IMG/VR virus record: IMGVR_UViG_2563366977_000001
Location: 15,651-79,650 of that record
Reading direction: 5' to 3' (one strand)
DNA length: 64,000 nt
Source: a virus
Taxonomy: Duplodnaviria; Heunggongvirae; Uroviricota; Caudoviricetes
How positions within the stretch are numbered: position 1 is the first letter of the stretch; each line of letters starts with the position of its first letter. The notes beneath the pieces were generated by a model. It searched no databases. It had not been told where the DNA came from and saw nothing but the letters and a program-made list of their open reading frames with translations. Made by a program: the position numbers and the translations under genes. This document shows, piece by piece, positions 29,080 through 38,471 of this stretch.

Positions 29080-29110
29080 TCCTGAACACATCGTTTATGC
29101 ACTCAAAACC

Positions 29111-29142
29111 GTGTTAGAATATTGATTTTAATTTTCTAACAT
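29111..29142. promoter_or_regulatory. Operator pair GTGTTAGAATATTGA / AATTTTCTAACAT upstream of ORF 29184
   Basis: Inverted pair of the recurrent motif about 40 bp before start codon. Confidence 0.5.
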
Positions 29143-29183
29143 ATTATTTTACCGCTCGGAACAAAACAGAGTCGGTATACATT

Positions 29184-30179
29184 ATGAGTGCAATAATCAC
29201 ACCTCATTTCGTAAACGGAGCTGGTGTGGCTGTCTTTCCGGTAGACAAGCCCACCAGCAACTACATTGGCGCAGGTCGCCGTTTCATTATCTCTCCACTT
29301 CCGCGCGAACAGGCTGAAAACACGCCAGATGGCGTAGTGGATCTGAACTATTCGCTGGTTGCCAACCAGTCTCTGAAAGCATTTTTTCAAAGCGAGCGCG
29401 TATTTAACGCATTAGGCGGTGAAGATTCGCTTGTTCATTGGGTAAGTTCCAATATCCACGATTGCCAGGCGCACGATAAGCGCGATTGCAGCCACCAGCT
29501 AACCACTCATTTCTATAACGGCTCTGCCGTTCGCCTGTGCTGGAAGCATGATGCGGAATACATGATGAAGGGGTACGGCAAGCTGGATGACCAGTTATCC
29601 CTGAATCGTGCCAACTGGGTTATGAACTGGGCTGCGAGCGAGTTAAAACTACCGCCAGAACGCGATCTGAGCATGGTTGAACTCACTTTTTGGGCCATTC
29701 GCCGGAATCTGAAAGACGAGCTGCCAGATGAAGCCGGTCGCATTGCATTTTGTCAGCCAAAACAGGAAATCCCTACCGGCACACTGAAAGAATCGGATAT
29801 CACCTGGGAGCACAGCACCCGTGAGCTGGTGGACATAACCGCAGAGCAGATCGTCAACCTGTCTGTAGATGAGGATTCCGGCCTGCTGTATATGCGCCGA
29901 CCAAAAGCGGTTCTCGGTAAAAGCCCGGCTTATCTCCGGTTTGTGATTTCTCGTCCGTGCATCGGATGCGGAGGCAAAGTTAATCACCCGTTCATGTACC
30001 GCGCCCGCTCGTTAAACGAACACGATCGCTGGGCCGTTCCTCTTTGCGATGAATGCGCCAGAAGCGCAGAAAACGATGTCCGGGCATGGGAAAAAACACA
30101 TGGCATACGCCTTTACGTAGCCGCCAACCAGCTTTTCGACTTCGCCATCGAGCGCGGAGTGATCACGTTCAATAACTGA
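29184..30179 (+). CDS. Hypothetical protein with C-terminal Cys-rich (zinc-binding-like) region
   Basis: 331 aa; CIGCGG ... CDEC cysteine pairs near C-terminus. Confidence 0.4.
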   Translation: MSAIITPHFVNGAGVAVFPVDKPTSNYIGAGRRFIISPLPREQAENTPDGVVDLNYSLVANQSLKAFFQSERVFNALGGEDSLVHWVSSNIHDCQAHDKRDCSHQLTTHFYNGSAVRLCWKHDAEYMMKGYGKLDDQLSLNRANWVMNWAASELKLPPERDLSMVELTFWAIRRNLKDELPDEAGRIAFCQPKQEIPTGTLKESDITWEHSTRELVDITAEQIVNLSVDEDSGLLYMRRPKAVLGKSPAYLRFVISRPCIGCGGKVNHPFMYRARSLNEHDRWAVPLCDECARSAENDVRAWEKTHGIRLYVAANQLFDFAIERGVITFNN

Positions 30180-30183
30180 TGGA

Positions 30184-30762
30184 GTGGATCAAAAAATGAA
30201 AGAACGCGGGATGATTTTTAACGATGAGATGGTCCGGGCAATTCTTGGCGGGAATAAAACACAGACTCGCAGGATTGTTGAAGAAAAATTCTATGGACGA
30301 GCAGTTGCCGCAGAGTTGCTTGCTAAGCATTGTCCATATGGTCAACCGGGCGATCGTATTTGGGTTCGCGAAACCTACCGGGTACATGGCAAAGCGACGG
30401 ACGTCGCAACGCTGGTTTATCGCGCAAGCGTGCGTAACTCCTGGACAGAACAAACGCACCGGGTTCCGGTCGAGGTTTGTAATAAACCAGTATCAGAAAA
30501 GTGGACGCCATCAATTCACATGCCGCGCTGGGCATCGCGCATTCTTCTGGAAATTACCGACGTGCGTGTGGAACGGCTGCATGACATGAGCGAGGCGGAT
30601 GCTAAAGCAGAAGGCGCAGCTCCGGCGACGTACAAGATTACGCCACCTGAAGCTGTTTATCGCGTTGGTTTTGGTGATATCTGGCGCAGTATTTACGGGC
30701 AGGATAACTGGCTATCTAACCCGTGGGTATGGGTAATCGAGTTTAAGCGCATTCAGGAATAA
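30184..30762 (+). CDS. ASCH/PUA-like domain protein
   Basis: N-terminal FNDEMVRAILGGNKTQTRR and IWVRETY resemble ASCH fold signature. Confidence 0.4.
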   Translation: MDQKMKERGMIFNDEMVRAILGGNKTQTRRIVEEKFYGRAVAAELLAKHCPYGQPGDRIWVRETYRVHGKATDVATLVYRASVRNSWTEQTHRVPVEVCNKPVSEKWTPSIHMPRWASRILLEITDVRVERLHDMSEADAKAEGAAPATYKITPPEAVYRVGFGDIWRSIYGQDNWLSNPWVWVIEFKRIQE

Positions 30763-30765
30763 ACC

Positions 30766-31644
30766 GTGAGTATGCATCAAGTCGTCAGCTTTTCAGGTGG
30801 ACGAACATCGGCTTATCTCGTTCATCTGATGGAAGCACAGCGAAAAGCTGGCGCTAGCGTCCATTTCATTTTTATGGATACCGGCTGTGAACATCCTCTG
30901 ACGTATCGCTTTATTCGTGAGGTTGTGAAGTTCTGGAACGTACCGCTAACGGTGTTGCAGGTCGATATAAATCCAGAACTTGGGCAGCCAAATGGTTATA
31001 CGGTATGGGAACCAAAGGATATTCAGACTCGACTGCCGGTGCTTAAACCGTTTATGGACATGGTTAAAAAGTACGGTACGCCATACATCGGCGGCGCGTT
31101 CTGTACCGACAGGCTAAAACTCACCCCTTTCACGAAATATTGCGATGACCATTTTGGGCGAGGGAACTACATCACGTGGCTGGGTATTCGTGCAGACGAA
31201 CCCCGTAGGCTGAAACCGAAACCGGGCGTCCGGTATCTTGCCGAGCTGTCAGATTTTGATAAGTCGGATGTTATCCGGTGGTGGCGAAAACAACCTTTTG
31301 ATTTGCAAATCCCGGAGCACCTCGGGAACTGTGTTTTTTGCATCAAAAAGTCAACGCAAAAGCTGGGGCTTGCATGTAAAGACGAACCAGGTCTGATGCG
31401 GGTTTTTAATGAACTGGTTACAGGCAAACACGTCAGGGATGGTCATCGCAGAACAGGTAAAGACGTTATGTACCGTGGTCACCTGACGCTTGACGGGATT
31501 ACCAGAATGTATGCCGACAGCGACTACAGAAATTTGTATCAGGCGATGGTGCAGGCCAAGCGGTTTGATACTGGTTCGTGTTCCGAATCATGTGAAATCT
31601 GGGGTGACCAATTGGAGTTGAAATTCGAAGAGGTAGTGGAATGA
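30766..31644 (+). CDS. pap: PAPS reductase-family (PP-loop) protein, P1 Pap-like
   Basis: SFSGGRTS PP-loop motif near N-terminus; 292 aa. Confidence 0.7.
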   Translation: MSMHQVVSFSGGRTSAYLVHLMEAQRKAGASVHFIFMDTGCEHPLTYRFIREVVKFWNVPLTVLQVDINPELGQPNGYTVWEPKDIQTRLPVLKPFMDMVKKYGTPYIGGAFCTDRLKLTPFTKYCDDHFGRGNYITWLGIRADEPRRLKPKPGVRYLAELSDFDKSDVIRWWRKQPFDLQIPEHLGNCVFCIKKSTQKLGLACKDEPGLMRVFNELVTGKHVRDGHRRTGKDVMYRGHLTLDGITRMYADSDYRNLYQAMVQAKRFDTGSCSESCEIWGDQLELKFEEVVE

Positions 31645-31844
31645 CAATCGTAAAAACCCATACCGGTACCGTGATCACCAAAGATGGCCCGCAGGTAAAA
31701 AAACTGCACCAAACAGAGCGGATGTGGGGCGTTGGCAAAAACGAGTTTTACCACAAAGAAACTGGACGCCGCCATTTTGCAGAAAATACGCGCCGCCGAC
31801 TGCTGTTAGACACCATCAAGCCTATCGAGGTGAAGCATGTTTAA
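31641..31844 (+). CDS. Hypothetical protein
   Basis: 67-aa ORF overlapping pap stop. Confidence 0.3.
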   Translation: MTIVKTHTGTVITKDGPQVKKLHQTERMWGVGKNEFYHKETGRRHFAENTRRRLLLDTIKPIEVKHV

Positions 31845-32076
31845 ACAGAACGAAAAAGCTATCGCTCAAATTGCTGATTATATCCCGCGTGCGTGCCGGG
31901 GTATGCAGTTGCAGGAAGCCAAAGCGCGCCTGGAGAAAAAAATTGCGCTCTATATTGATGACGGCTGTGATGCCGCCGTTCTTAACGCGGCGTTCGCACC
32001 AGCTCTTAACTGTCATACTCGGGAGTCTTTTTTTTCGTGCATCGCAGCGCAACTCCGCAAAGGAGGCAACCAGTGA
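31837..32076 (+). CDS. Hypothetical protein
   Basis: 79-aa ORF. Confidence 0.3.
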   Translation: MFKQNEKAIAQIADYIPRACRGMQLQEAKARLEKKIALYIDDGCDAAVLNAAFAPALNCHTRESFFSCIAAQLRKGGNQ

Positions 32077-32339
32077 GTGAGTCAAAATGCCAAATTAATG
32101 GCAACAAGATAGAACCGTGCGCGGCGTTGACGCAATCCCTGGAACATGACGCTGAATACACGACGCGAAAAGGTCTGCTGAAATACAAAATCTATAACCA
32201 TGCATTAATTCATTCACAAGACCTGATCATGCTGCGGTCAGGCGAGTTTTCTAAATCGCCGATTCGAATTTCATTTTGCCCGTTCTGTGGTGAAAGTCTG
32301 AAAACGTGGGAAGCGGAGGCAACCAGTGATCAAAATTAA
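32037..32339 (+). CDS. Hypothetical protein (start uncertain)
   Basis: 100-aa ORF overlapping neighbours; C-terminal CPFCG motif. Confidence 0.3.
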   Translation: MHRSATPQRRQPVSESKCQINGNKIEPCAALTQSLEHDAEYTTRKGLLKYKIYNHALIHSQDLIMLRSGEFSKSPIRISFCPFCGESLKTWEAEATSDQN

Positions 32340-33057
32340 CTATCAAGAACTGCGCGAGGCGGCGGAACAGGCAACGCAAGATGAATGGGTAGCATATATT
32401 TTGCCGGGTCATAACGGCATTTATCCTGCGCGCACGTCTGAGGGTAGGCATTGCGGATACTTTATTGACTGGCCTGGCATTGATGGGCAAAGGAATGCTG
32501 GTGCTAATGCCCGTTATATCGCGGCTATCCCACCAAAAGTTGCGCTGGCACTACTGGATGAGATCAACGCATTAGAGGAAACGCGTATCAACGATGTTTG
32601 CCGTATTGTGGAACTAACAAAACAACTGGAGTCGGCAAAATCAAAACTCAACGAGCAGCGCGAGCATTACGAGGGAGTAATCGCGGATGGAGGTAAGCGC
32701 ATAGCAGAACTGGAAAAACAATGCGCTGAATCGGAGCGAAAAGCATTAAGCAACTTTGAAGAGTGTGCTGCGATGGCTGAACGTATCGAAGAGTTGGAGC
32801 AGGCCAACACAAGACAGGACGCCAATATAAACCACCAGCAGGAGGGCGTGACTCAATCAGTCACCCGATACATATATCACTACAACGCAGTGAATGGTTC
32901 TGACTCTATGTCTGGAATTGCGCGGTTAACTTTCATGATCAAATCACAATCTGACCTTGACGCACTTAAAAGCGCACTTAGCAAGGTTGGTGGTTTCCGT
33001 GCAAAAGCAATTACATCTCTTTCATATCTTGGGTGTGAGGAAGATAGCAAACGATGA
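32326..33057 (+). CDS. Ead/Ea22-like protein
   Basis: N-terminal INYQELREAAEQATQDEWVAY ... ARYIAAIPPKVALALLDE typical of Ea22-like prophage proteins. Confidence 0.5.
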   Translation: MIKINYQELREAAEQATQDEWVAYILPGHNGIYPARTSEGRHCGYFIDWPGIDGQRNAGANARYIAAIPPKVALALLDEINALEETRINDVCRIVELTKQLESAKSKLNEQREHYEGVIADGGKRIAELEKQCAESERKALSNFEECAAMAERIEELEQANTRQDANINHQQEGVTQSVTRYIYHYNAVNGSDSMSGIARLTFMIKSQSDLDALKSALSKVGGFRAKAITSLSYLGCEEDSKR

Positions 33058-33587
33058 AAGAAGGATTTAAAGATAATTCAGGTGCAGCGCAAAACACTGG
33101 AGAAATCATTGAGGCATTTAATGGGGAGGAAATGCCCACTTTATTCAGAAAAGAATATCCGCGAAAGAGTAGAGCAATAGAATTGCTGTTTATCATTCTG
33201 TTTTTCGTGTTGCTGATACCAATAGCCTCAATATTAGTGACTGTTCTAATGGGGAAAGTATTTGAACCGTTAGTTGAACTGTATATCGATATAGTGTGGA
33301 CCCCATTCAGGAAGCTACACAATAAAATTAACCCACATAAGGAAACAGATATGGCAACTTTGAAAAAAGAAGATCGTTTTACCAAAAAACAAATCGCCGA
33401 GGCAAAAATCCTCGATAACAACGGAACCTACTTCATCAACGGTTCCATTCTTCCAGTTTATATCAATGAGGATGGAGACACTTACCTTATTGAAGAGTAC
33501 GAAAAAGGCGAGCCGAGCGAACACCTCATTAAAGATTTGTTCGCGGATGGCGTTATTGTTGCGGTTAATCCAATCGGATACAACTGA
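33054..33587 (+). CDS. AT-rich membrane protein
   Basis: 177-aa ORF with hydrophobic helix LLFIILFFVLLIPIASILV; low GC. Confidence 0.35.
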   Translation: MKEGFKDNSGAAQNTGEIIEAFNGEEMPTLFRKEYPRKSRAIELLFIILFFVLLIPIASILVTVLMGKVFEPLVELYIDIVWTPFRKLHNKINPHKETDMATLKKEDRFTKKQIAEAKILDNNGTYFINGSILPVYINEDGDTYLIEEYEKGEPSEHLIKDLFADGVIVAVNPIGYN

Positions 33588-33597
33588 GGCATAATTT

Positions 33598-34344
33598 ATG
33601 ACCACTTTAACCGACAAAGAACTGATTAAAGAAATCAAAGAGCGCATAGGCAGTCTGGACGTGCGAGACAATATTGAGCGCCGTGCTTATGAAATTGCGC
33701 TGGCATCTCTGGAAGCAGAGCCAGTTGGTGATTTTTATGAATACAAACCGGGTGACTGGTATCAGCGTTCGGTCGGGGATAAAGCACCAAAGTGGGTGCC
33801 GTTATATGCCACTCCGCCAGTTCCGGAATTGCAGGCTGATGTCGCACAAGCAATTGAAAATCTCAAGCAGAAGTTAGTGGAATGCAATCGCTATAACTAC
33901 TGCGCAGATGCAGTTAAAGGCGTAGAGGATGCCTGCCGTGCTGTTAGCTATAGCCAAGCCGACAATCAACCAGCATCTGGCAACCAGGCTGCCGAATCCA
34001 ATCGCGGTAATGAGTGGACCGGCAATCCTGATATTGATAACGCCATCATCATGCTCGACCGCATAGATACGCTGGAAAATTGCGATGATGACCGTATTGA
34101 GGGTGTTAAGGCTGTTTTGCGCAGACTGGCTGTCAACTATCCGGTAACTCCGGATGGTTGGATAAGCTGTAGTGAGCGAATGCCAGCTCAAGATGATTGG
34201 ATTTTAATTTATTCAAAGCACGGTGAGTATATGGCAGGCCAGGTGCAAGGGGAATACGTGGAGTTGAGCGACGGCACTTTATCGTGGTTAGGGAACGCCT
34301 TGTTCTGGATGCTGCTACCAGAACCGCCCCAGGAGGCTGGTTAA
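33598..34344 (+). CDS. Ead-like protein with C-terminal DUF551-like domain
   Basis: C-terminal WISCSERMP ... DWILIY ... FWMLLPEPP pattern. Confidence 0.45.
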   Translation: MTTLTDKELIKEIKERIGSLDVRDNIERRAYEIALASLEAEPVGDFYEYKPGDWYQRSVGDKAPKWVPLYATPPVPELQADVAQAIENLKQKLVECNRYNYCADAVKGVEDACRAVSYSQADNQPASGNQAAESNRGNEWTGNPDIDNAIIMLDRIDTLENCDDDRIEGVKAVLRRLAVNYPVTPDGWISCSERMPAQDDWILIYSKHGEYMAGQVQGEYVELSDGTLSWLGNALFWMLLPEPPQEAG

Positions 34345-34439
34345 TGAGCTGGCCTGAAGCATTCGCAACGGTAGGAATTGCAATGGCGGTAGCACTGGTG
34401 GTGTATTCAATTTGCCGTTGGGGGTGATAAGTGAAATAG

Positions 34440-34461
34440 TGCGGGGTATCGTGCAGCCCCG
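34440..34461 (+). terminator. Hairpin terminator (GCGGGG-N10-CCCCGC) with T-rich tail
   Basis: Stem-loop after ORF 33598..34344. Confidence 0.45.
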
Positions 34462-34555
34462 CTGATTTGATTATTTTGTAGAGTTGCATAACAGCATCTG
34501 GCTTGAGTTTCTCCTCCATCTTGGATTATTATTACCGCCCCTATACTTAACTGTA

Positions 34556-34591
34556 ATAATAACTATCTGTTAAACCTGATAGTTATTATTT
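34556..34591. promoter_or_regulatory. Palindromic operator AATAATAACTATC-N10-GATAGTTATTATT upstream of perC-like gene
   Basis: Perfect 13-bp inverted repeat about 25 bp before start codon. Confidence 0.45.
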
Positions 34592-34616
34592 AATATTTAG
34601 TGTGATAGGAGGTTGT

Positions 34617-34916
34617 ATGGTTAAAGATAAAAAAGCTGAAGAACTTGAAAATAAAGGGCTTTGGCGCAGAGCCGCGGCTCGCTGGCAAGATGTGCTGATG
34701 GATTATCTCCAGGATAATCAGACAGACCAGCGGATGTATATTCAGAGGCAAATTCAACGTTGCATTAAATCAGCCACATCAAAAAATGTAAGTTCAAGAG
34801 AAGTCACGACCTCAAGAGCATTACGCAATTCAGCAATACGCGTAGAGAAAGAAATGGGAATACATCGCAATCGCAAGGCTGCACATGATGAATTATATAC
34901 CTATCGGGGTAGGTGA
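34617..34916 (+). CDS. PerC-family transcriptional activator-like protein
   Basis: MVKDKKAEELENKGLWRRAAARW N-terminus resembles PerC/Pch family. Confidence 0.55.
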   Translation: MVKDKKAEELENKGLWRRAAARWQDVLMDYLQDNQTDQRMYIQRQIQRCIKSATSKNVSSREVTTSRALRNSAIRVEKEMGIHRNRKAAHDELYTYRGR

Positions 34917-35162
34917 TTTAAATAATGTGATAGCGTTAAGAGAAATTTTATAAATTGTTTATATGTGACGGGTTAATAGGGGTATTACAGACACTCTTGA
35001 TAAGATAATAAATATTTAAAAGTCATTAACATCACCTATCAAAAATATGCACGTTTTATTTCTACATCGTAATAGTGTACAGGTATATGATTCACCCATG
35101 CTGATGGAGCTTACCGTGGTGACTACACCTTGCAGCCAAAGGTGAATAAGATATAAGGATTC

Positions 35163-35576
35163 TTGATGCACTGGCTGCGAGTAGCCTATAAGGCCGATAC
35201 TAAGCCGGTAATTAACACCATCCTTGAAAAATATCATCTTGAAGCGGCATTGATGACTAAGTCTGGCGATACTCTAGGCATGGTGAGCACAACGTTAGTT
35301 CATGAAATGGCTAAGGCTTTATTGCTGCTGGTGGCTGACAACATGAGGCGGACCATGCCAACGAAAGCTGAGTTACAGGCGCGCGTAGAGATTCTTGAAA
35401 AAGAGAATGCTAGCCTCAAAGGAATGCTGGCGCGGGCGGAAAGGGAAATTATCAGGCAAATTATTGCCAGAGGAGCGACCACCAGCAGATATACCCGACC
35501 GAGTGTCCCGGTGGATGAAGTCTTTTTGTTTGTCGTGGGAGACTTTTTGGTGCTACGACCATCGCAGATGGTGTGA
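35163..35576 (+). CDS. Hypothetical protein
   Basis: 137-aa ORF with central coiled coil. Confidence 0.35.
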   Translation: MMHWLRVAYKADTKPVINTILEKYHLEAALMTKSGDTLGMVSTTLVHEMAKALLLLVADNMRRTMPTKAELQARVEILEKENASLKGMLARAEREIIRQIIARGATTSRYTRPSVPVDEVFLFVVGDFLVLRPSQMV

Positions 35577-35624
35577 TGAACTTGATAGCAGTTTCCCCTA
35601 CTTTGCGGAAGGTAACACCTGCCC

Positions 35625-35975
35625 TCAATGCAGGGGATGAGATTTAACGAAATCGATCACCCTATCTTGAACTTCAGAAAGAAGGTCTTTTTCACGCGCC
35701 AGGACGTCCGGATATTGACGTTCTGGCCTCACCAGATGCCGAAGCTTCCCATTAAGCAGGATGGCCTCAGAAAACACTTTTACGCTGTGCTTTATCCCCT
35801 CTGTTTCACTTTTCAGCGTCAAAATAAAGCGCAATTGCTTATTAGCCTGATTCAGATTCAATACACGAATTTGCAGTTCGTCTATGCTGTTTCGCAATGG
35901 GATTGATGCCACCACACTGGTGCAGTCTCTGATTGTCTGAATTGAACGGCTAACATTGAGAACGTTATTGTGCAT
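35625..35975 (-). CDS. Hypothetical protein
   Basis: 116-aa minus-strand ORF among plus-strand genes. Confidence 0.35.
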   Translation of the reverse strand: MHNNVLNVSRSIQTIRDCTSVVASIPLRNSIDELQIRVLNLNQANKQLRFILTLKSETEGIKHSVKVFSEAILLNGKLRHLVRPERQYPDVLAREKDLLSEVQDRVIDFVKSHPLH

Positions 35976-36007
35976 GTGCCTGATCCACTAACTCCGGGAG
36001 GTTTCTT

Positions 36008-36259
36008 GTGTCAGATCGAAATATAGCAGCTAAAAGCCAGGAAGAGCGAGACAAGGTGAACGTAGACCTTGCCGCCAGCGGCGTTGCTTACAAAGAACGA
36101 CTGAATATACCTGTGATTGCAGAGCAGGTGGCCCGTGAGCAACCGGAAAACCTGCGCGCCTATTTCATGGAACGGCTACGGCACTACCGGCAGTTAAGCC
36201 TCCAGTTGCCAAAAGGGAGCGATCCGGTGTATCAGAACGAGGATGCACCAAAAAAATAA
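36008..36259 (+). CDS. hot: Hot, homologue of DNA polymerase III theta subunit
   Basis: [39 protein letters not shown] closely parallels E. coli HolE. Confidence 0.75.
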   Translation: MSDRNIAAKSQEERDKVNVDLAASGVAYKERLNIPVIAEQVAREQPENLRAYFMERLRHYRQLSLQLPKGSDPVYQNEDAPKK

Positions 36260-36635
36260 CGGCAAGATGGGGGAGACATTAAACATGCTTAACTATCACG
36301 ACAACACGCGTTCTATGCAGACAATCCGCACCAATACAGCGGTGGTCGATAGCTTTCCTGTACATACTCAAGGCCGTGAAGATACCGTGGAAGTGCGACG
36401 CATGTTGTGTCGCCGGTCACCGGGCCACCAGCACTTCATCGTAACGTTTAAAAGCGATGTAGAGCGCGCCGAGAAAATCTCTAACTCCACATCTCTGGTT
36501 AAGCCGTTAGCGGAGGTTATTGTGCGCAACAATAAGGCGCGCTTTGTCCTTGAGGAGCATCATTCTGATTTTAATGAAAAAATCGAGTCAAGCATTTTGC
36601 AATATATGAATGGCACGTTCACGCCACCAATGTGA
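36243..36635 (+). CDS. Hypothetical protein at the P1 lxr position
   Basis: 130-aa ORF between hot and humD; start uncertain. Confidence 0.35.
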   Translation: MHQKNNGKMGETLNMLNYHDNTRSMQTIRTNTAVVDSFPVHTQGREDTVEVRRMLCRRSPGHQHFIVTFKSDVERAEKISNSTSLVKPLAEVIVRNNKARFVLEEHHSDFNEKIESSILQYMNGTFTPPM

Positions 36636-36698
36636 TTAGCCCCCAGCGTGGCGCGCGTACAAACCCCGCTTTCACAAACTATGCCTTTTCAATGTATA

Positions 36699-36714
36699 CT
36701 GTATGAATAAACAG
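36699..36714. promoter_or_regulatory. LexA (SOS) box CTGTATGAATAAACAG upstream of humD
   Basis: Exact CTGT-N8-ACAG consensus 20 bp before humD start. Confidence 0.7.
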
Positions 36715-36734
36715 TATTATTGAGGTAAAACGCT

Positions 36735-37124
36735 ATGGGCTTCCCTTCTCCTGCGGCGGATTATGCAGAGAGCCGTATTTCTCTTGATCAGCAACTAATC
36801 AGACATCCTTCTGCGACCTACTTCATGCGGGCGGCAGACAGCCATCACCGTGAGGGAATATTGCAAGGTGCTTTGCTGGTGGTTGATTCCTCACTTACTC
36901 CGGTTGATGGTTCACTGCTTATATGCGCTATGGAGGGTGAATATCGCATAAAGAGATACAGGAAGTATCCGCGCCAGCACATGGAGGATTTAAGCACCGG
37001 GAAGAAAGAGGCGTTACCAGTGGATGACGATGGATACACGGGCAGTAATGCTGTTTTTGGTGTGATCACCCACATTATCAATGACGCCAGGGGCGGTGAA
37101 TTTGATGATAGTCCTGCTATATGA
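36735..37124 (+). CDS. humD: HumD, UmuD-like S24 peptidase
   Basis: 129 aa; LexA/UmuD-like C-terminal domain; SOS box upstream. Confidence 0.8.
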   Translation: MGFPSPAADYAESRISLDQQLIRHPSATYFMRAADSHHREGILQGALLVVDSSLTPVDGSLLICAMEGEYRIKRYRKYPRQHMEDLSTGKKEALPVDDDGYTGSNAVFGVITHIINDARGGEFDDSPAI

Positions 37125-37258
37125 TTTGTTTTCAGAGAAACCATAGAGAGGCATGACTGGACCTATATCGCCCTGGCCATTTAAATGATTCCTCCCATTA
37201 GACGCGGTTACTCACTTGAAGATAAGATGAGGTTATAATTCTCTTTTTAGGTACGCGA

Positions 37259-37681
37259 ATGAGTTCGTCTGCTTTTGTCACTGTTGTCACTGGAGTAAGC
37301 GTTTTTGTCCTAGGTCGACTCATCATCAAGGGGGTTGAGTCTTACATTTCATTCAAGGAACAGTTGGGGGAAATATCGCATCTGTTATTGTCTAACCAAG
37401 CAAAGCTATCGAATCCCCGCTCTGACTTAAAACAAGAAATCATCCATGATTTGAAAGATGCGGCAGCACAGTTACGGGTGAAGTACGAACTATTACCTTT
37501 CTATATCAAAATGTTACCCATCGGTTTTCGCCTTGTTCCATCAGAAACTGAAATTCGTAAAGCGGCGCAAGAATTGAATCTGATAGCCTCGATACATGAT
37601 GGTAAAACCGGAGAGCTGCCATATGAGCACATAGCCAAGATTGGATTACTGCTCAGAATTCCAACCACTTATTCTGCTTAA
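37259..37681 (+). CDS. Membrane-anchored hypothetical protein (insertion between humD and phd)
   Basis: 140 aa with N-terminal TM helix FVTVVTGVSVFVLGRLII. Confidence 0.4.
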   Translation: MSSSAFVTVVTGVSVFVLGRLIIKGVESYISFKEQLGEISHLLLSNQAKLSNPRSDLKQEIIHDLKDAAAQLRVKYELLPFYIKMLPIGFRLVPSETEIRKAAQELNLIASIHDGKTGELPYEHIAKIGLLLRIPTTYSA

Positions 37682-37789
37682 TCCCAGCAATTGCAAGACT
37701 GCATCTCGAGGATTTAAGGCACCAAGAAGTGGTATTCAGCATCATTAAAACCTATAATTGCGTACACATAACGAGTACACGAGGTGTTT

Positions 37790-38011
37790 ATGCAATCCAT
37801 TAACTTCCGTACCGCGCGCGGCAACCTTTCTGAAGTGCTCAACAATGTTGAAGCCGGGGAAGAGGTTGAAATCACCCGCAGAGGCCGTGAGCCAGCAGTA
37901 ATTGTCAGCAAGGCTACTTTCGAAGCCTACAAAAAAGCGGCGCTGGATGCTGAATTTGCATCCCTGTTTGACACCCTGGACTCCACCAACAAGGAACTGG
38001 TTAACCGATAA
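37790..38011 (+). CDS. phd: Phd antitoxin
   Basis: [39 protein letters not shown] ... matches my recollection of P1 Phd essentially residue for residue. Confidence 0.9.
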   Translation: MQSINFRTARGNLSEVLNNVEAGEEVEITRRGREPAVIVSKATFEAYKKAALDAEFASLFDTLDSTNKELVNR

Positions 38012-38391
38012 TGAGGCATATATCACCGGAAGAACTTATTGCGCTTCATGATGCGAATATAAACCGCTACGGCGGCCTGCCGGGAATGTCAGATCCGGGT
38101 AGGGCAGAGGCCATTATCGGGAGAGTTCAGGCCAGAGTTGCCTACGAAGAGATCACCGACCTTTTCGAAGTCTCCGCCACCTACCTGGTGGCTACAGCGA
38201 GAGGGCATATATTCAATGATGCCAATAAGCGTACCGCGCTAAACAGTGCGCTGCTATTTCTACGCCGTAACGGTATACAGGTATATGATTCTCCCGTGCT
38301 GGTGGAACTTGCGGTGGGGGCTGCAACTGGTGAAATCCCCGTATCTTCAGTAGCGGAAAAACTACGTGAACTATATGGTTCCAATATTTGA
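38011..38391 (+). CDS. doc: Doc toxin (Fic-fold kinase)
   Basis: 126 aa immediately after phd with overlapping stop/start; matches my recollection of P1 Doc. Confidence 0.9.
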   Translation: MRHISPEELIALHDANINRYGGLPGMSDPGRAEAIIGRVQARVAYEEITDLFEVSATYLVATARGHIFNDANKRTALNSALLFLRRNGIQVYDSPVLVELAVGAATGEIPVSSVAEKLRELYGSNI

Positions 38392-38393
38392 AA

Positions 38394-38419
38394 AGAAGCC
38401 CGCTCAACCAAGCGGGCTT
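38394..38419. terminator. Bidirectional hairpin terminator (GAAGCCCGCT-N6-AGCGGGCTTC)
   Basis: Perfect 10-bp stem between convergent doc and ORF 38472..39269. Confidence 0.6.
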
Positions 38420-38471
38420 CCTACTATCACTCAATGATTTTTTCTGCTGTCAGCCAGCTAATTTCTTGCTT

